From the NCBI GenBank assembly GCA_018398765.1, contig JAHBMJ010000108.1, positions 1 through 56,213 of the forward strand: a stretch of 56,213 nt of DNA, given 5' to 3'. The DNA is from Chromera velia (Eukaryota). This document shows positions 14,520 through 26,804 of this stretch, one piece after another (position 1 is the first letter of the stretch; each line of letters starts with the position of its first letter). The position numbers and the translations under genes are program-made. Below the pieces are notes generated by a model. That model ran no database searches, had not been told where the DNA came from, and worked only from the letters and a program-made list of their open reading frames with translations.

Positions 14520-16212
14520 AGGGAGAGAGCGAGAGAGAGGGTCGTGTGTATGTGTGTTTTCGGGAGTATGTGTCTTCATGTGAGTGCGAATGTCTGTGCA
14601 CGTGCGCGAAAAAAGAAAAAACATCGCACGACCAGCCCATAGCATACGTACCTTGGCAAGCTTTGCGTTCAACTCCGTTGCAAGGGTCGGATCGGCATCG
14701 ATGGCGGCGCAGATGGCACCGGAGGCAGCAGCGTCGTCTTGGCACTCGTAGTTGGTGGTCAGTCCGACCGTCTGCTGCTCGCCAGCAGGAGAGAACATCT
14801 GGATGCACTGGCCGCCCTCTCCGTTGACGAGCATAAGGAGCTTGTCGAGGGCTCCCTGCGCGCACTGGATGGAGGAGAGGAACTCCACGATGGGCACGGA
14901 GCACTGGTTGCGCAGGTAGGCAGAGAAGGTTAGAAGTCCGGCTGCAGGCAGGTGGGAAGCATGAGGGGAGAGAAGTAGAATGATGATGGTGTAATGGCGA
15001 GAAACATCTGAATTTTGTGTTATTTGAAGCAGGCAGGCGGCAGAATGCCAAATCTAAGTAACTTGAGTTTCGAGAGACCACCGAAAATCAGCGAAGAAAG
15101 GGACAGTTTGAGGGCCGGCAATTCACTCGACTCAGTGTTGAAAGGCCGCATTTGAAATCCTCATTGAAACACAGGGAAGCGACAGAAGACATGTGAAAGT
15201 GAAGGAACCTTCTGAGGCTTTCAGCGTGTGAAGGTGTGGGTTTCCGTAAATCAGTCGCTATCTAAGTAGGATGAAGAAGACGAGGAGGGAGAAAGTTTGA
15301 AGGAAAGGAATGGAGAAAAGCGGGGAAGGACTGAGCGGTCCTAGGGAGAAACGAATGTCCGTCCCCATCACGTATGGAGCTCCATGCATGTCTACAGGCA
15401 CATATATTATACATTCGCACACACATATATACAAGACTGACTTGTAGCGAGGGAGATGATTCCGTTTTCGAACTGTCCGCACAGCTCATCCTGGGCGAGG
15501 AGCTTCACGTTGGCTTCGGCAAGCACGTAAGAGAGATCCTCGAAGGCGCCTGGAGGCATACACGCATCGATACATACATGAAATGGCATCTGCGCCTGGG
15601 AACGACCACGATACACATGGAACCCATTTTATGCATGCACAGACATTCATAGTTAAGTACTATATATTCGACGGGCTCGAGAACAACTTCAATACGCGCT
15701 TCACTCAGACATTGAAGGACTTCTCTCTTTCAGAGAAACCTTTCTGAGCCTTCGTCGCACTTCACTTGCAACTTGCGTGCGTCGCGCGGACGCTTCTGAC
15801 TGACCTGACCTAATGTTGCGCAACACTCTTACTGAAGGGAGAGAGACACGACATTGTGCAGTACAACAGTCGAGAAACGCTCACCTGAAAGGTCACCTGT
15901 ACCGACGGTAGTCTGGATGTTTTCGCAGATGGTCTCTACTGCGGCGATGTTCCTCTGTGAGGCCTTTCCGGGTCCCAGGATCTGGGTACAGGTGTCGACG
16001 TCGAGGGGGTTCTCTTTGGAGGCGGTCTGACTGAGAGACATGGAAATGGGGACAACGCAGGTCTCGCAGATGTTTCTAATCTCTTCATTTGTCATGGTCT
16101 TGTCCTTCATCTTCATCTCTGACTTCATCATCGAAGGGTTCGCCTTCGAGAAGTCGACAATGGCGTTGGCAGTGCCAAACGCACAGAGGAACACGAGAGC
16201 CTGTCGGCGCAT
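12527..16212 (-). CDS. Secreted Cys-containing protein (~521 aa) with internal RRRL site followed by Gly-rich hydrophobic segments; unknown function
   Basis: Six exons 16212-15885, 15549-15442, 14941-14652, 14228-14103, 13741-13502, 13000-12527, all GT-AG and phase-consistent (1566 nt). Signal MRRQALVFLCAFGTANA; RRRL at 13631-13642. Confidence 0.85.
13288..13463. repeat. 50-bp direct repeats flanking a 76-bp AT-rich hairpin insert (intron 5 of the 12527-16212 gene)
   Basis: gggccttgcattgtgctggaaggaacattcgatcgttgcatgcaggcaca at 13288-13337 and a near copy at 13414-13463. The insert carries TTTTCATACAG (13346) ... CTGTATGAAAA (13394). Confidence 0.85.
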
Positions 16213-16398
16213 TTTAGGGTTATAGAATCAGACAGACGCAAAAGGCAGTCTAGGGGGGGGGAGAGTTGTGCAGAACTCGCGGATAACGAAAAAAGCGGTT
16301 TCCGATAGTGCACCTTTTGCCACAGTAAATTACTACTCGTGTTGAGGAATCGAAGCCAAGTTGCTCTGGCTCAATTCCAAGCTATGCATGGTCCGACA

Positions 16399-16521
16399 CA
16401 TGCATGCATGCATGCATGCATGCACGCAGTTTTCTTTTTTTGTGTGTGTGCTCGACCGCGCGCGCGACGGCCGGGCGGCAGGCTCGCGCGCGGCCGCGGA
16501 GCCAGCGGGCGCGCCGGCCTC
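16399..16521. promoter_or_regulatory. (TGCA)n array and CG-rich palindromic island upstream of the 16212 start
   Basis: catgcatgcatgcatgcatgcatgca (16399-16424), then cgaccgcgcgcgcgacggccgggcggcaggctcgcgcgcggccgcgg... TGCATGCA is a known ApiAP2-bound element in apicomplexans; function here is inferred. Confidence 0.5.
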
Positions 16522-17231
16522 ACGACATGCACAGAACACAGAAAAACATTATTAAAAAGTCAAAAGGCTCGCACTAAGAGACTAGATCTGGGTAGTATTA
16601 ACAGCACCAAGGAAGGCGAGCAAGAATTACAAGCCTGGCAAAGGCCAGCATCTGCCAAATAGAGCACTGAGAGCAGTAAAAAAGTGTTTGTAATTTATGT
16701 TACGTTATTTGCATTGTAATTTATTATGAACTATTGTGAACGCTGTCAATCCACTACTTTGAACTTAACCAAAATCTATTCCATAAAACCTAAGTAATCA
16801 ATGACTAATTTTAACTGTATTTTTTTCTTTTTGTCATTTAAATTTTTTAACATTCTTCGAAGTTTAATTCAAATTTAAGTTTATTAAGGAAAATATATAC
16901 ATTTCTTGTTGCTTAGACTCAGTAGACTGTGACTGTTTATTAGGGGACACTAAAAAAATCTCTTATTCCACAGTACTACATAAACTCAGCTAACCCTCTC
17001 CCCCCCTCTGGGTCCCATATATGCCGCCACATTCGTCCGTTTTATCCCACAGCATGCGTAAGTGTGCGCTGCCGTATTTGACCATACATAAGTCCATCTG
17101 TCATAATATGTCATGAACAAGTTCAGAACAACCCCCCCCTCATCGCACACTATGAGATAATTAAATTTTTTTTTGTGCTCCCTTCAAAAATTTGACCAAA
17201 AAAATAATTAAACAGAACTGTCTCTTATCCT

Positions 17232-17310
17232 CAAAGCCTTGCTAGTGGCTTGGGATTTGGCGCGCTAAATCTAGGATTTAACCCTCAATCATCATCATCA
17301 TCATCATCAT
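17232..17310 (+). mobile_element. Possible LINE/SINE 3' end (stem-loops followed by (ATC)n tail) in an AT-rich intergenic island
   Basis: aagcc-ttgctagt-ggctt and near-palindrome gatttggcgcgctaaatc immediately precede (atc)7-8. No coding remnant seen. Confidence 0.3.
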
Positions 17311-17902
17311 ATATACAATACCACCAAATGCTCTACGGTATTATACACTGAAAAACCTACTAGTAAAAAACAAGTTCAATAATTCGTAGAATAATTCCTT
17401 AAAAATGTTATATTATGAAGTGATGTATAAGTGATGCATGATGACATCTAGGATGACCCCTAGGATAACACTATCAAATGTCATAGTCAGACTCGTGACT
17501 TGAAGTATTATTTTTTTTTTTTTACACACAATGAAAAAAAAAAGATAATTTATGAAGTATGACAGACTGCCTAAAAAAAATTAAAAATCACTAGCACTGT
17601 TTCAAGTTGTTAATTATAGTATCCTAGCTAACCATTTTTTGTTAGAGTCCTCTTTTTTTTATGTATGAAAAGGATTATTCGTTTAAGGATAAAAGTTAGG
17701 ATAAGTTTTGTTGTTATCTGATATTTTATAGAACCAAAATCTCTACCAATACTACTGTTGCTGCAATAGCAACATCTGTGACAAAAAGAACATTAAATAA
17801 TGAAATAAAGAACAAACAATTGAACAAAACGCGGGCACCGATATGCATCTGAAGCCGGAGGCTGAACTCAAGGGTTTAATTTAAGGGAAATACACAGCGC
17901 CT

Positions 17903-19062
17903 TCACCAGGCTCCGCCACTAGCGGAGAGCCCTACTAAAAGAGGTGCAGATGCAGAGGCACCAAGACCTAGTCTTAGCCCTCCCCTTCCGCCACCTCGCC
18001 CTTCTTCCCTCTCCCTTCTCCTGCTCTCCATTTGTGCCTGCAGATCCTTCCAGACAAGCTGCACCCAGACAGGATCAGAAATTGATAAGAAAAATTGAAG
18101 CAAAAGGCTGTGGTCAGTGCTGAAATCCCGTGGTCAGTGGTCAGTGCTGCAAATGGTAGTGGTGAAACTCTGAAATCATCAATTTCCTCAGGAACCACAC
18201 AGCATCTGGACTCAAGAGTCAAGACGCGGCCAAAACCAAAAGCACACAGAGGATTCACAGGAAAATTAAGAGGAAGAAATTCACTCACGTAGCGCGACTT
18301 ACAAATCCGTGTTGCTGTTTTGGCAAAACCGCCTCGTGCTTCTTCAGTTCCTTGCCCCAATCGCGCTTTATGCTGCAGATGGATCAACAGATTGTCACAC
18401 ACATGGAATTGGTTTCTTTTCTCACAAATGAATCAGCGATGCATACAGTGCCTCTGTACCAGGAGCCCGCCCCGACTGCCAAGGGATCTCTCACCTATGC
18501 ACTGTAGCATGCACTCAACCAGTGTCCTCACCTGCCAGTGAAACCGCCACCAATCAGTGATCCTCCACTTTCTTTGAACATTCAGATCGAACAATGTGTA
18601 AAGAAAAAATAAATTCTGGTTCGGGCATCACGACTGACTTTGCAAAAAGGTTCTGCACCTGAGAAGCACTGATGGTTCCCGGCGCAAGCTGGAAGGGGTC
18701 TTTTGAGCCTGCAGGCAGGCAGGCAGGCGCCCAAATATTTCATTTCCTTCAGCAAACTCACACGAATAGAGAAGTGAAGAAAAAGAGGCCAAAGAAGTTA
18801 CATATCGATGTAGAGCTCTGTGAAGCTTTGTTTGCCATGCTTGGGCACCAGGAAGCCAGCACTCCCATCGCATTTCCAACAAGCCCCTAGGCCTCAGTTC
18901 ATTTCTGTCCCCAACTACTCGAATTTCTTCGAGACCGACTGAAGGCTTCTCGAGTGGACTTCCCCTTCTCTACTCTCTGCCTCTCTGTCTCTGTGTCTCG
19001 AAATCTCTCTCACTCTCTCTCTCTGCGTGTGGGTGTGCGTGTGCGTGTGCGTGTGCGTGTGC

Positions 19063-19103
<41 letters not shown>

Positions 19104-20394
19104 CGCGCCCCTGTCCAGATTCTATTCCACTTGAATGCAGCTATGTACTCGACCAGACCATGTGTTCGCACTCATGCACTTACCTCTGTTCTCATCGAAA
19201 GCTACGTCCTCGTCTCCGCTGTCATCGTCTGAGAACAGGTCGCGGTCTCCCTCCGCGTTCCCACCGGATGGCTGCTGCTGGTTCCCGCCTGAAGAGAAGA
19301 AGAAGAAGAAGAAAGTTCGTTAATTTGCGTCCATTTGAGGAAGGAAGGAAGAAAAGAAGGAAGGAAGGAGCAATTGAAAGCATACATTTGAAGCACGCTT
19401 ACGGTAGAACAAGACTAGAAAGAGACATAAGGAGAAACCACAGGAATAGAAGAGAGAAATCAGAGGAAGTACAGAGGCATTCAAGAGAATGAAGAGAAGC
19501 TAGAGAGAAATGAGCAGACTTTGATACCTCTTACAGGCAGATAGCAAAAGCAACAATTGACAAAGATACCAAACGCAACAATGGACACAGATACCAAAGA
19601 AAAAAGAGACGGACCTTCCTTCGACTTTCCCGGTTCCTTTCCAGCAGTTTCGTCTTTTTCTTTCTCTTTGTCCTTGTCTTTCTCCTTCTCCTTCCCCCCT
19701 TCAGTCGCACCTTCTTTCTCCTTTGCCCCTTTCTTTACATCCTTCCCGCCCCCTCCCCCACTCCTGTCCCCTTCCGCAAGCGCACCGCCAGACTCAGTTG
19801 CAGTCGAAGAAAGACCCCCCGTGTCCCCAGCCGCTGCTACACCTTTGCCCCTGGCTGCAAGCTTCTTGTCTTCTGCCTCGCTGTCCGATGCAGCTGCCGC
19901 AGCTGCCGCCCTCTTACGAGCGTTCGCCTCTGCGTCTTCCACAGCTGCACAAAGGAAACAAATCATCCCTCCATCCATCCATCCATCCATCCATCCATCC
20001 ATCCATCCATTCGGTGAGGCGTAATCCATCCATCCATTCGATGAATGAATGACTGATTCCACTAGACATGAACGTGTCCCTCGTCCATTTTGTTTCGGCG
20101 CCTATGTCTCTCACTTTTTAGCCACCTTGCATCCTTGGTCAATCGCTCTTTCTTTCGTTCGTTTGTTCGTTCAGTCTGCAGAGGAAGGGACCTCCGGCAG
20201 TGCTGATTGAGTCCAAAAGGGAGGGATGGAGCGCGACGCGAGAATTGAAGAAGTATCGAGGCGACCCTGGTGAGTGCACAGGAAAACACACTCGCACGGA
20301 CACAGACAGACAAAACGACAAGCATACCTCGAGTCAAGATTTTGACATCCGCCGAGCGTGCGACTGTTCTCGCAGCATTCGGTTTCCCTGCAGG

Positions 20395-20425
<31 letters not shown>

Positions 20426-21622
20426 AGGGAGGGAGGGAGGGAGAACAGTTAGTTCACACACGTCAAAAAAGAACTGCATTTTGCAACAAAAACGAATGGA
20501 CCCGTTTGAATTCGCCTATGCATTTTTCGCCCCTTTTTTTCAAAATTTCTGTGTTAATGAGCCCCCCCTCTGTCTACTCCTCTTCCGATTGACTCCCACT
20601 CCCACTCTCTTTGTATTTTTTACAGCCCTTTGCTCTGACCGTCAGCCAGTCAGTCGTTCCCCCTGTCTTTCTACCGATACATCCACTCCCGCTTTCTCTA
20701 CAATCCACACGCACCTCTCTTTCCTCTGCCTCTCTTTCCTTGCTAGTGCGCCGGCCCCTTGACTGACTTTGGTCCTTTGGAAGCTCCTTCAACCCTATCC
20801 GCTCGTAGCAGAGAGGGCTCAGATCTGTCGACGCGTGTTCGGAAGAAAACAAGGAAGGCGGGAGAGAGGGGGGTTGGAATGGCAATTTAACGGAATTTGG
20901 GGGAACCCTTTCAGTAGAGAAACGAAACCAGTAGAGAAGGATTCAGAGCAGAAGGGTAAATTAAGCAACAACACAACAGAATGACTCTCACAACAGGCAT
21001 AGGAATAGAATATTCGGCAGAATATGAAGTCCTGTCCGACAGAACTATGCAGTAGTCTTGTCAAGACTCCGTCAAGAAAAGACAGACCGGCAGATGTCCG
21101 TTTGTTGTGTGAAGAGCGAACAAGTAAGGATGTAAGAGGGACAACCATGGAGACCAACACAGGTCGACACGCACGCCAAGGGAGGACAGACAAAGAAAAG
21201 AAAAGAGGAGTGAAGGAACCCAGACAGATGCAGACACAAAACAGACAGCAAACAATTTTTCGAAACGCATCATCAGACTGAAATGAAGAATGATCAGACT
21301 TACTGATGGCGTTGATCGACGCGAGAGGTTTAAAGTAAGCCTGCAGGAAGAAAGCCAAACAAACCATGCATCGAAAGAATGATCTTGGAGGAACATTCAC
21401 ACACCCTCCGTGTTTACAAACAAACTTGTCAAACCCGTTAGATGGAAGCCAACTATTATTCCATGCGTGTGGCACGTGGAGAGTGAGTGACATGCTCACC
21501 CACTCACCCTCCCACTCACTCACTCAGCCACCGACTCACTTGCCCACACACACACTTTCTCTCTCTCTCACACACACACAGATATATCTAACATATACAT
21601 ATATCCACATGCAGACACATGC

Positions 21623-21659
<37 letters not shown>

Positions 21660-24600
21660 GATTAGGAGAGAAAGAACGATCCAAAGACGGGCTGGAGAGC
21701 AGACAGACAGGGAGACAGACGCACGCACAAGCACACACGGACATCAAAAGAGAGAAAGAACTCCAATACGAGGGGAGCAAAAGTGGAGAAAGTTGCACCC
21801 ACGCAACGAAAGACGTGCATTGCATGAGAGAGAAAGGAAGGCGGTGTGTTCCTGCTGACGTGGTCTTTGTGGTGTCTCTGTAGGGCCTTCAAGCAATCCA
21901 ACACTGCCGCCTTCCACTCCTCTTGAGGCAGTTCTCTCTGCAGTCCGCTCTTCTTGTCCTTTCCTGTCGTGAAGATTCTAGAGGTCCCCCACCTGTCTTC
22001 CATCTTGAAAGCCTGCTCTGCATACTTCAATCTGTTCATTACGGAGGGCCGCATCTCCATCTGCTTTCCCTTGTTCGCTGGCTCCTCTTCCTCCTCACTC
22101 GCAGCTTCGGACTGAACTGCAGGTCTTAGGAGGGAGGCGAAACTCCGGTCTTCGTCTCCCTCGCCCTCACCTTCCTCTCCGTTTTCTACATCCGCCTGGC
22201 TCGGAGAGCTTTGGAACGACAACACCTTCTGTTTAGCTCTTGCAGGGGGACCGTCTCCACTTGTGGACTTCCCCTTCAGCTCGTGAAGGGCCACTCTGAC
22301 AGGCAAACGAATGGTAGTGTCGGATGAGGGACCTGAAATCACAGGCTGCATTTCCTTCTCAAAGTCTCTCCCTGTATCCCTCAACACTCTCGTCAACCTT
22401 CCACCCCCCCGTTCTTGGGGCCCAGGCTTTGGGTTTCTCTGCTGAAGTCGCTCTACAGTCTCTCTCCCTCTGTCCATGTGGTTCAACTGTCTTGGCTGGT
22501 GTCTGCGAGTAGCAGTGACAAATGGGTGTGGCGCACAATCACCGCTGAGACGCCGTGCAAGAATGGAAGTGAGTGGTACGGGTCCGCCGAGTTCCGTAGT
22601 CGAGCTGCGTTTCAACGAGGACTTTTTATCGGCGTGCTTATCTGCGTTGGGAGATTTTCGAAACTTTGCTTGGGATCCGGAGGGTGGAAAGTGAGGGCCT
22701 CCTTTTTTCTTCTTCGCTCTATTGCTTTGTGCAGAGCCATGCCTGATCACAGAGCCTAGACCTCCACTCATCGACTCCGAGTGGGATTGGGGGTGCTGGA
22801 GGAGTGTTTGGGTTGAGCCTTTGCGTGAGATAGTCTCTATCGAGTGCAGGGTACTCGAGTGCGTGGGGCGATGCTCATGAGAATGCGAGTGCATCATCGA
22901 GGATTTGTGATGCGCTTCAGCTTCGGCCGTCTCTTTCTGCTTCTCCTCTGCTCTTTGCTGCATAAACGATTTGGCTCTCTGAAGAAACGTCTGGTCGCTC
23001 TTGTCCCCATGGTCTCCTCCACCCCCTTTCTTTCCTTGGTGGCTGTGGAGGCTTCTATGACTCACCCTGGTTGCCCCCCCCAGAGTACGAGTGCTCCGAC
23101 TGCTTGGAGCAGCAGAACGTGCGTGACTGTCAATGTCGCTCTCCCCATCCTCATTCTCTTCTGCGTCTTCTTCATCGTCCTCGTCAGAATCCCCCCCCTC
23201 CTTTGCCAGTCGCTCTCTCGCCTCGTCCACCCTTGAGGCTTGAAACAGGTGAGGGAACGCAACAACAAAAGCAGAAGTACGGTCTTTTGCTTCTTTCCGC
23301 TGCTTCTGCTGATTCAACTCTCTTTGAGCTCTGTGATCAAGGGACATTGGTCTAAACTTAGTCAAAATCCCCCCAGTGCCTGCGATTCCATAGGAGTGGA
23401 ATGCGCTGGGCACGATTCTCTTCCGTTGTCTGTGCACAGTCAGGGGATTCCACGTGACTCCAAACAATTCCTCTAAAATCACATCGTAAACTTGGACGAC
23501 AAACGAGTCATCTAAGACATTCTCACTCTCCATGAATGTTTTCCGAAACCCTTCTACTATCGCTTCTGCCATTACTACCAATTGCATCTGCAACATCTCC
23601 TGCATTCGATCTCCGACTCGTCTTTCCAAACTCCACACAGACTCTCTGACATGATATCTCAGCTCTGCAACAAACGCTCTTGTGGTTGCGGTCTTCTTTC
23701 TGAAGGACTTTGTAAAGACCAGCCAGAAGAGAGCCCTTACAAGAGTCAAACCTTCCGGACTGAGCGAGACGGCATAGCACAGTCTCTTCGTTTTGTTCAA
23801 AACATTCTTTGCCTGGTCACACACACCGACCAAGAGAACATCGAAAGGAATCGGGAGATCTGGGGCGTCATCCCATCGGGCTATTTGTCCGACTTGGAAC
23901 ACCGACTCTACTGTGATTGTCACACGAGGGACCCCCCCCTTCCCCCCTGCCCCTCCAGCCCCAGGCCCTGAGGAAGAAGATCCTCCCCCCTCTCCCTTCT
24001 TCCCCCCTCCTCCTTTTGCACTATCTGCACCACCCTCAAGTACCTCAGCAGACAACAAACCATTCCCTGCCTTTGCCTTGCCTACCCTCTCGTCCGCGTG
24101 GGCTGCAAAAAACAACCCATCAATTAATTCAAGCAGGAAATGCAATCACACGGGAATGGGGGCAAAACACTTCTTTCTGACGGGCCCTGTCCGCCTGGAG
24201 GGAAAGCTTCATGAACCCACAGCCATTCTGAATCATTTGCAAGGCTATTTGTTTCACCTTTGTTGTTTCTCTCTCTCTCTGTCTATTTCACCTTTTATGC
24301 GCTCCATGAACCTGCCTGCTACGGTACCTGCTTCCCTCCCACCCTGCCTCCCTGCCTCCCTCTCCACCTACCTACCTACCGCCTGCCTACCTGCAAATAT
24401 TCGTGCCCCCTTTTTTCGAATCGCTTCTACCCGATCGTTCAGATCAGCTCCCACAAACGATTCCGCCCCAGGACCCCCCTTTTCTTTCTGATGGCCCTTT
24501 CCCTTTCCCGCCCCTTTCAGTGTTGTGAAGAAGTTAGGCGCAGTACGCTTCTCTTTCTCCTCCCCCTGCACCGCGACTGCACTTTGACTCTTCTTGATCA

Positions 24601-25612
24601 TCAGGTCGCGCCGCCCAAGCGCAGACCCTCTGCGATTCCGGTGGTGCCCATGAGAACCCCCCCCCCCGCTGCCGTCCTGCATTCCCCCTCCCCCCCCTGC
24701 GGCTGTCGCGTTTTCCTTGTAGAGCTCCTCCCACACCTCCGCGATGTTCGGGGGCTCTGGAAGAGAGAGGTTCGTGAATTGGGCAGCGAAGACGTTGCGC
24801 GGCTCGAAGGTCTGATCAAAGGCGGGGAAGAAAGAACGCAAACAGAAGAAGGAACCGATGACTCATTGGGTCACTTTCTGGACGGGAAGAGTTATGGAGA
24901 GAGAAGGGCGAAAGAAAAAAGAACACAAGGTTTGAAGGAAGAGGGAAGAAACAGGGGGAATGGGGAAATCTCCTTTCTCGAGTCTGTACAAACGCGTTTC
25001 TGTCTCTCCCTCTCTCTCAAATGCGCTGTCCCGCTATCCTGGGCGTTTGCTTGTGTGCCTCAATTGTATCGGGAGGATGTGTCTCTGACTTTCTCGACTT
25101 ACATGCACTTCTGCCCGCAAGTAGTGCTGGAGGTGGTGAGGGAGATGCTGCAATTTTGCGTGTCTCTCCAGGTCCCCCTTATACTCTGCCTGGTATCTGT
25201 CGTTCACCGTCTTTCTCTCGTCCTCTTTGTCCTTGGCCATTTGGAGCCTGCCCCCTGTGTTGCCTCCGTAGAGCACAGGGGTCTTCTTCCTCGAGTGTGC
25301 GTCCACCACCTCTTCAAGCCATGAGGCCAGGTCTTTGGATATGCCCGTGGGAATGAGGGAGGCGGCCGCGTCTGGAATGTCCATTGAGACTCTTCGCTGC
25401 AACCCGGGGCGCGGTCCTTTGTTGAATGAGGAGGGCTGGGAGGAGGAGGGGAATTGAGGCAGAGAATGAGAAGAAGGGAAAACCGGAGGAGGGTCCGCTC
25501 CTGGCCTCTCCCCTTGTTGGTCCTGTGCTTCTGTTCCTGTCACACCCGGTGCTTCTGCCGCCTTCTTTTCGGCCTCAGGAGGAGGGGCGCCCGTGAGATT
25601 CAGGGGGTCCAT
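17903..25612 (-). CDS. FAM227/FWWh-domain-like protein (multi-exon, large disordered regions)
   Basis: The main exon (~24110-21861) has [14 protein letters not shown]...[40 protein letters not shown], matching the remembered FWWh pattern (FWWFF...LAQAIY..F...FP.S...F.D.F...I.EW.SG). Other exons lie near 25612-25070, 24840-24400, 21340-21303, 20823-20714, 19946-19614, 19290-19184, 18372-18303 and 18059-17903. Small middle exons are uncertain. Confidence 0.65.
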
Positions 25613-26804
25613 GCTGTCAGTTGGCTTTAACTTTTTTGCTTGTGCTGGAGTGGAATCTGGCCAGATTGAACCCAAGTTTCAGAGATCTGATATATAAAGG
25701 GGTCGATTGAATTGAACGAATGTAACGGAATCAATTGGGCTCGAGGGTTAGGGCTGCCTTGAGAGACTAACGGACAGCAACAGCAACTTTATTTCAAGAA
25801 CTCGATCGGCAACAGTTGCTTGCATGCACCGTCAGTCTGACAGTCTGATGGAAGTTCGAAAGCTTTGCCAATGTCTGTCTACATCCTCCCACAGGGGTTC
25901 GTTTGAAACCTTATGCATACTGGTTGCGCTTCTGCATGGTGAGAGCTGACATCAAAGCCTCGTTGCACGCGAACATTGAGCAGAGAGGACGTCTAAATGG
26001 CTGCAGACTTGCAGGCCGGAGAGTCCTGTGGAAGTATATTAATATATATCTCTGAGCGCGCAATTGGAGCGCATGTGTTGTTTATACGTGCAACAAGAAC
26101 ATAGAGCCGTATGCATGCATTCAATTCACGCTTCGTTGCTTTCCGTTGAGTGTTGTTCCTCCCTGTGCTTGTGGATCAAACCGCAATCTTCCCAGCAGAT
26201 CCACAGAGAAGAGGGAAGACTGATTGAAGGAAGAGAAAAGAAGCCATTCAACACGTCTAAAGCCGCATAAAAGAAGTGTAGAGACAGGTGTTGTTTGAAA
26301 ACAGTTGCACGGAATCTATATTCACGTCAGATTCGGTCTATATATACACATACTTATATATATGCAGACGTGCCTTTGAGCTTTCCTGTTCCTCTGTGCC
26401 ATACTCTCTATAATCACACTGTTGACACGACAAGCATCGACAGACTGGTCCGAGTGAATCTGGTCTCATTGAGCTCCGCGTTCTGGAGTCGTCGTGTTGT
26501 GTCTGTACGTTCGTCTTGACAATCAACAATTGAGCGAGGGTCGGAGACAGACGAGATCCGCACCACAGACAGATGAAGTCAGTGAAGTCTACGAGAAGCG
26601 AACTCCAGAATTCCGTGCAGGATCACAGCGGACTGAAGGAAGGAAGCAACCAAGCGAGCTACGGACACAAATCGATCTCCCCACACATATATATATATAT
26701 ATATATCTGCGTGGATATGTGTGATTGTGGTGGTGCAGGTAGATGGAATGCAAAGAGCTCGCGAGGGGCAAAAGAAAGTCTGACTTGACTGATCGAGAAC
26801 AGGA

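Noticed and set aside
24260..25324. 354-aa plus-strand ORF
   Set aside because: Antisense to FAM227-like exons and introns; composition not protein-like.
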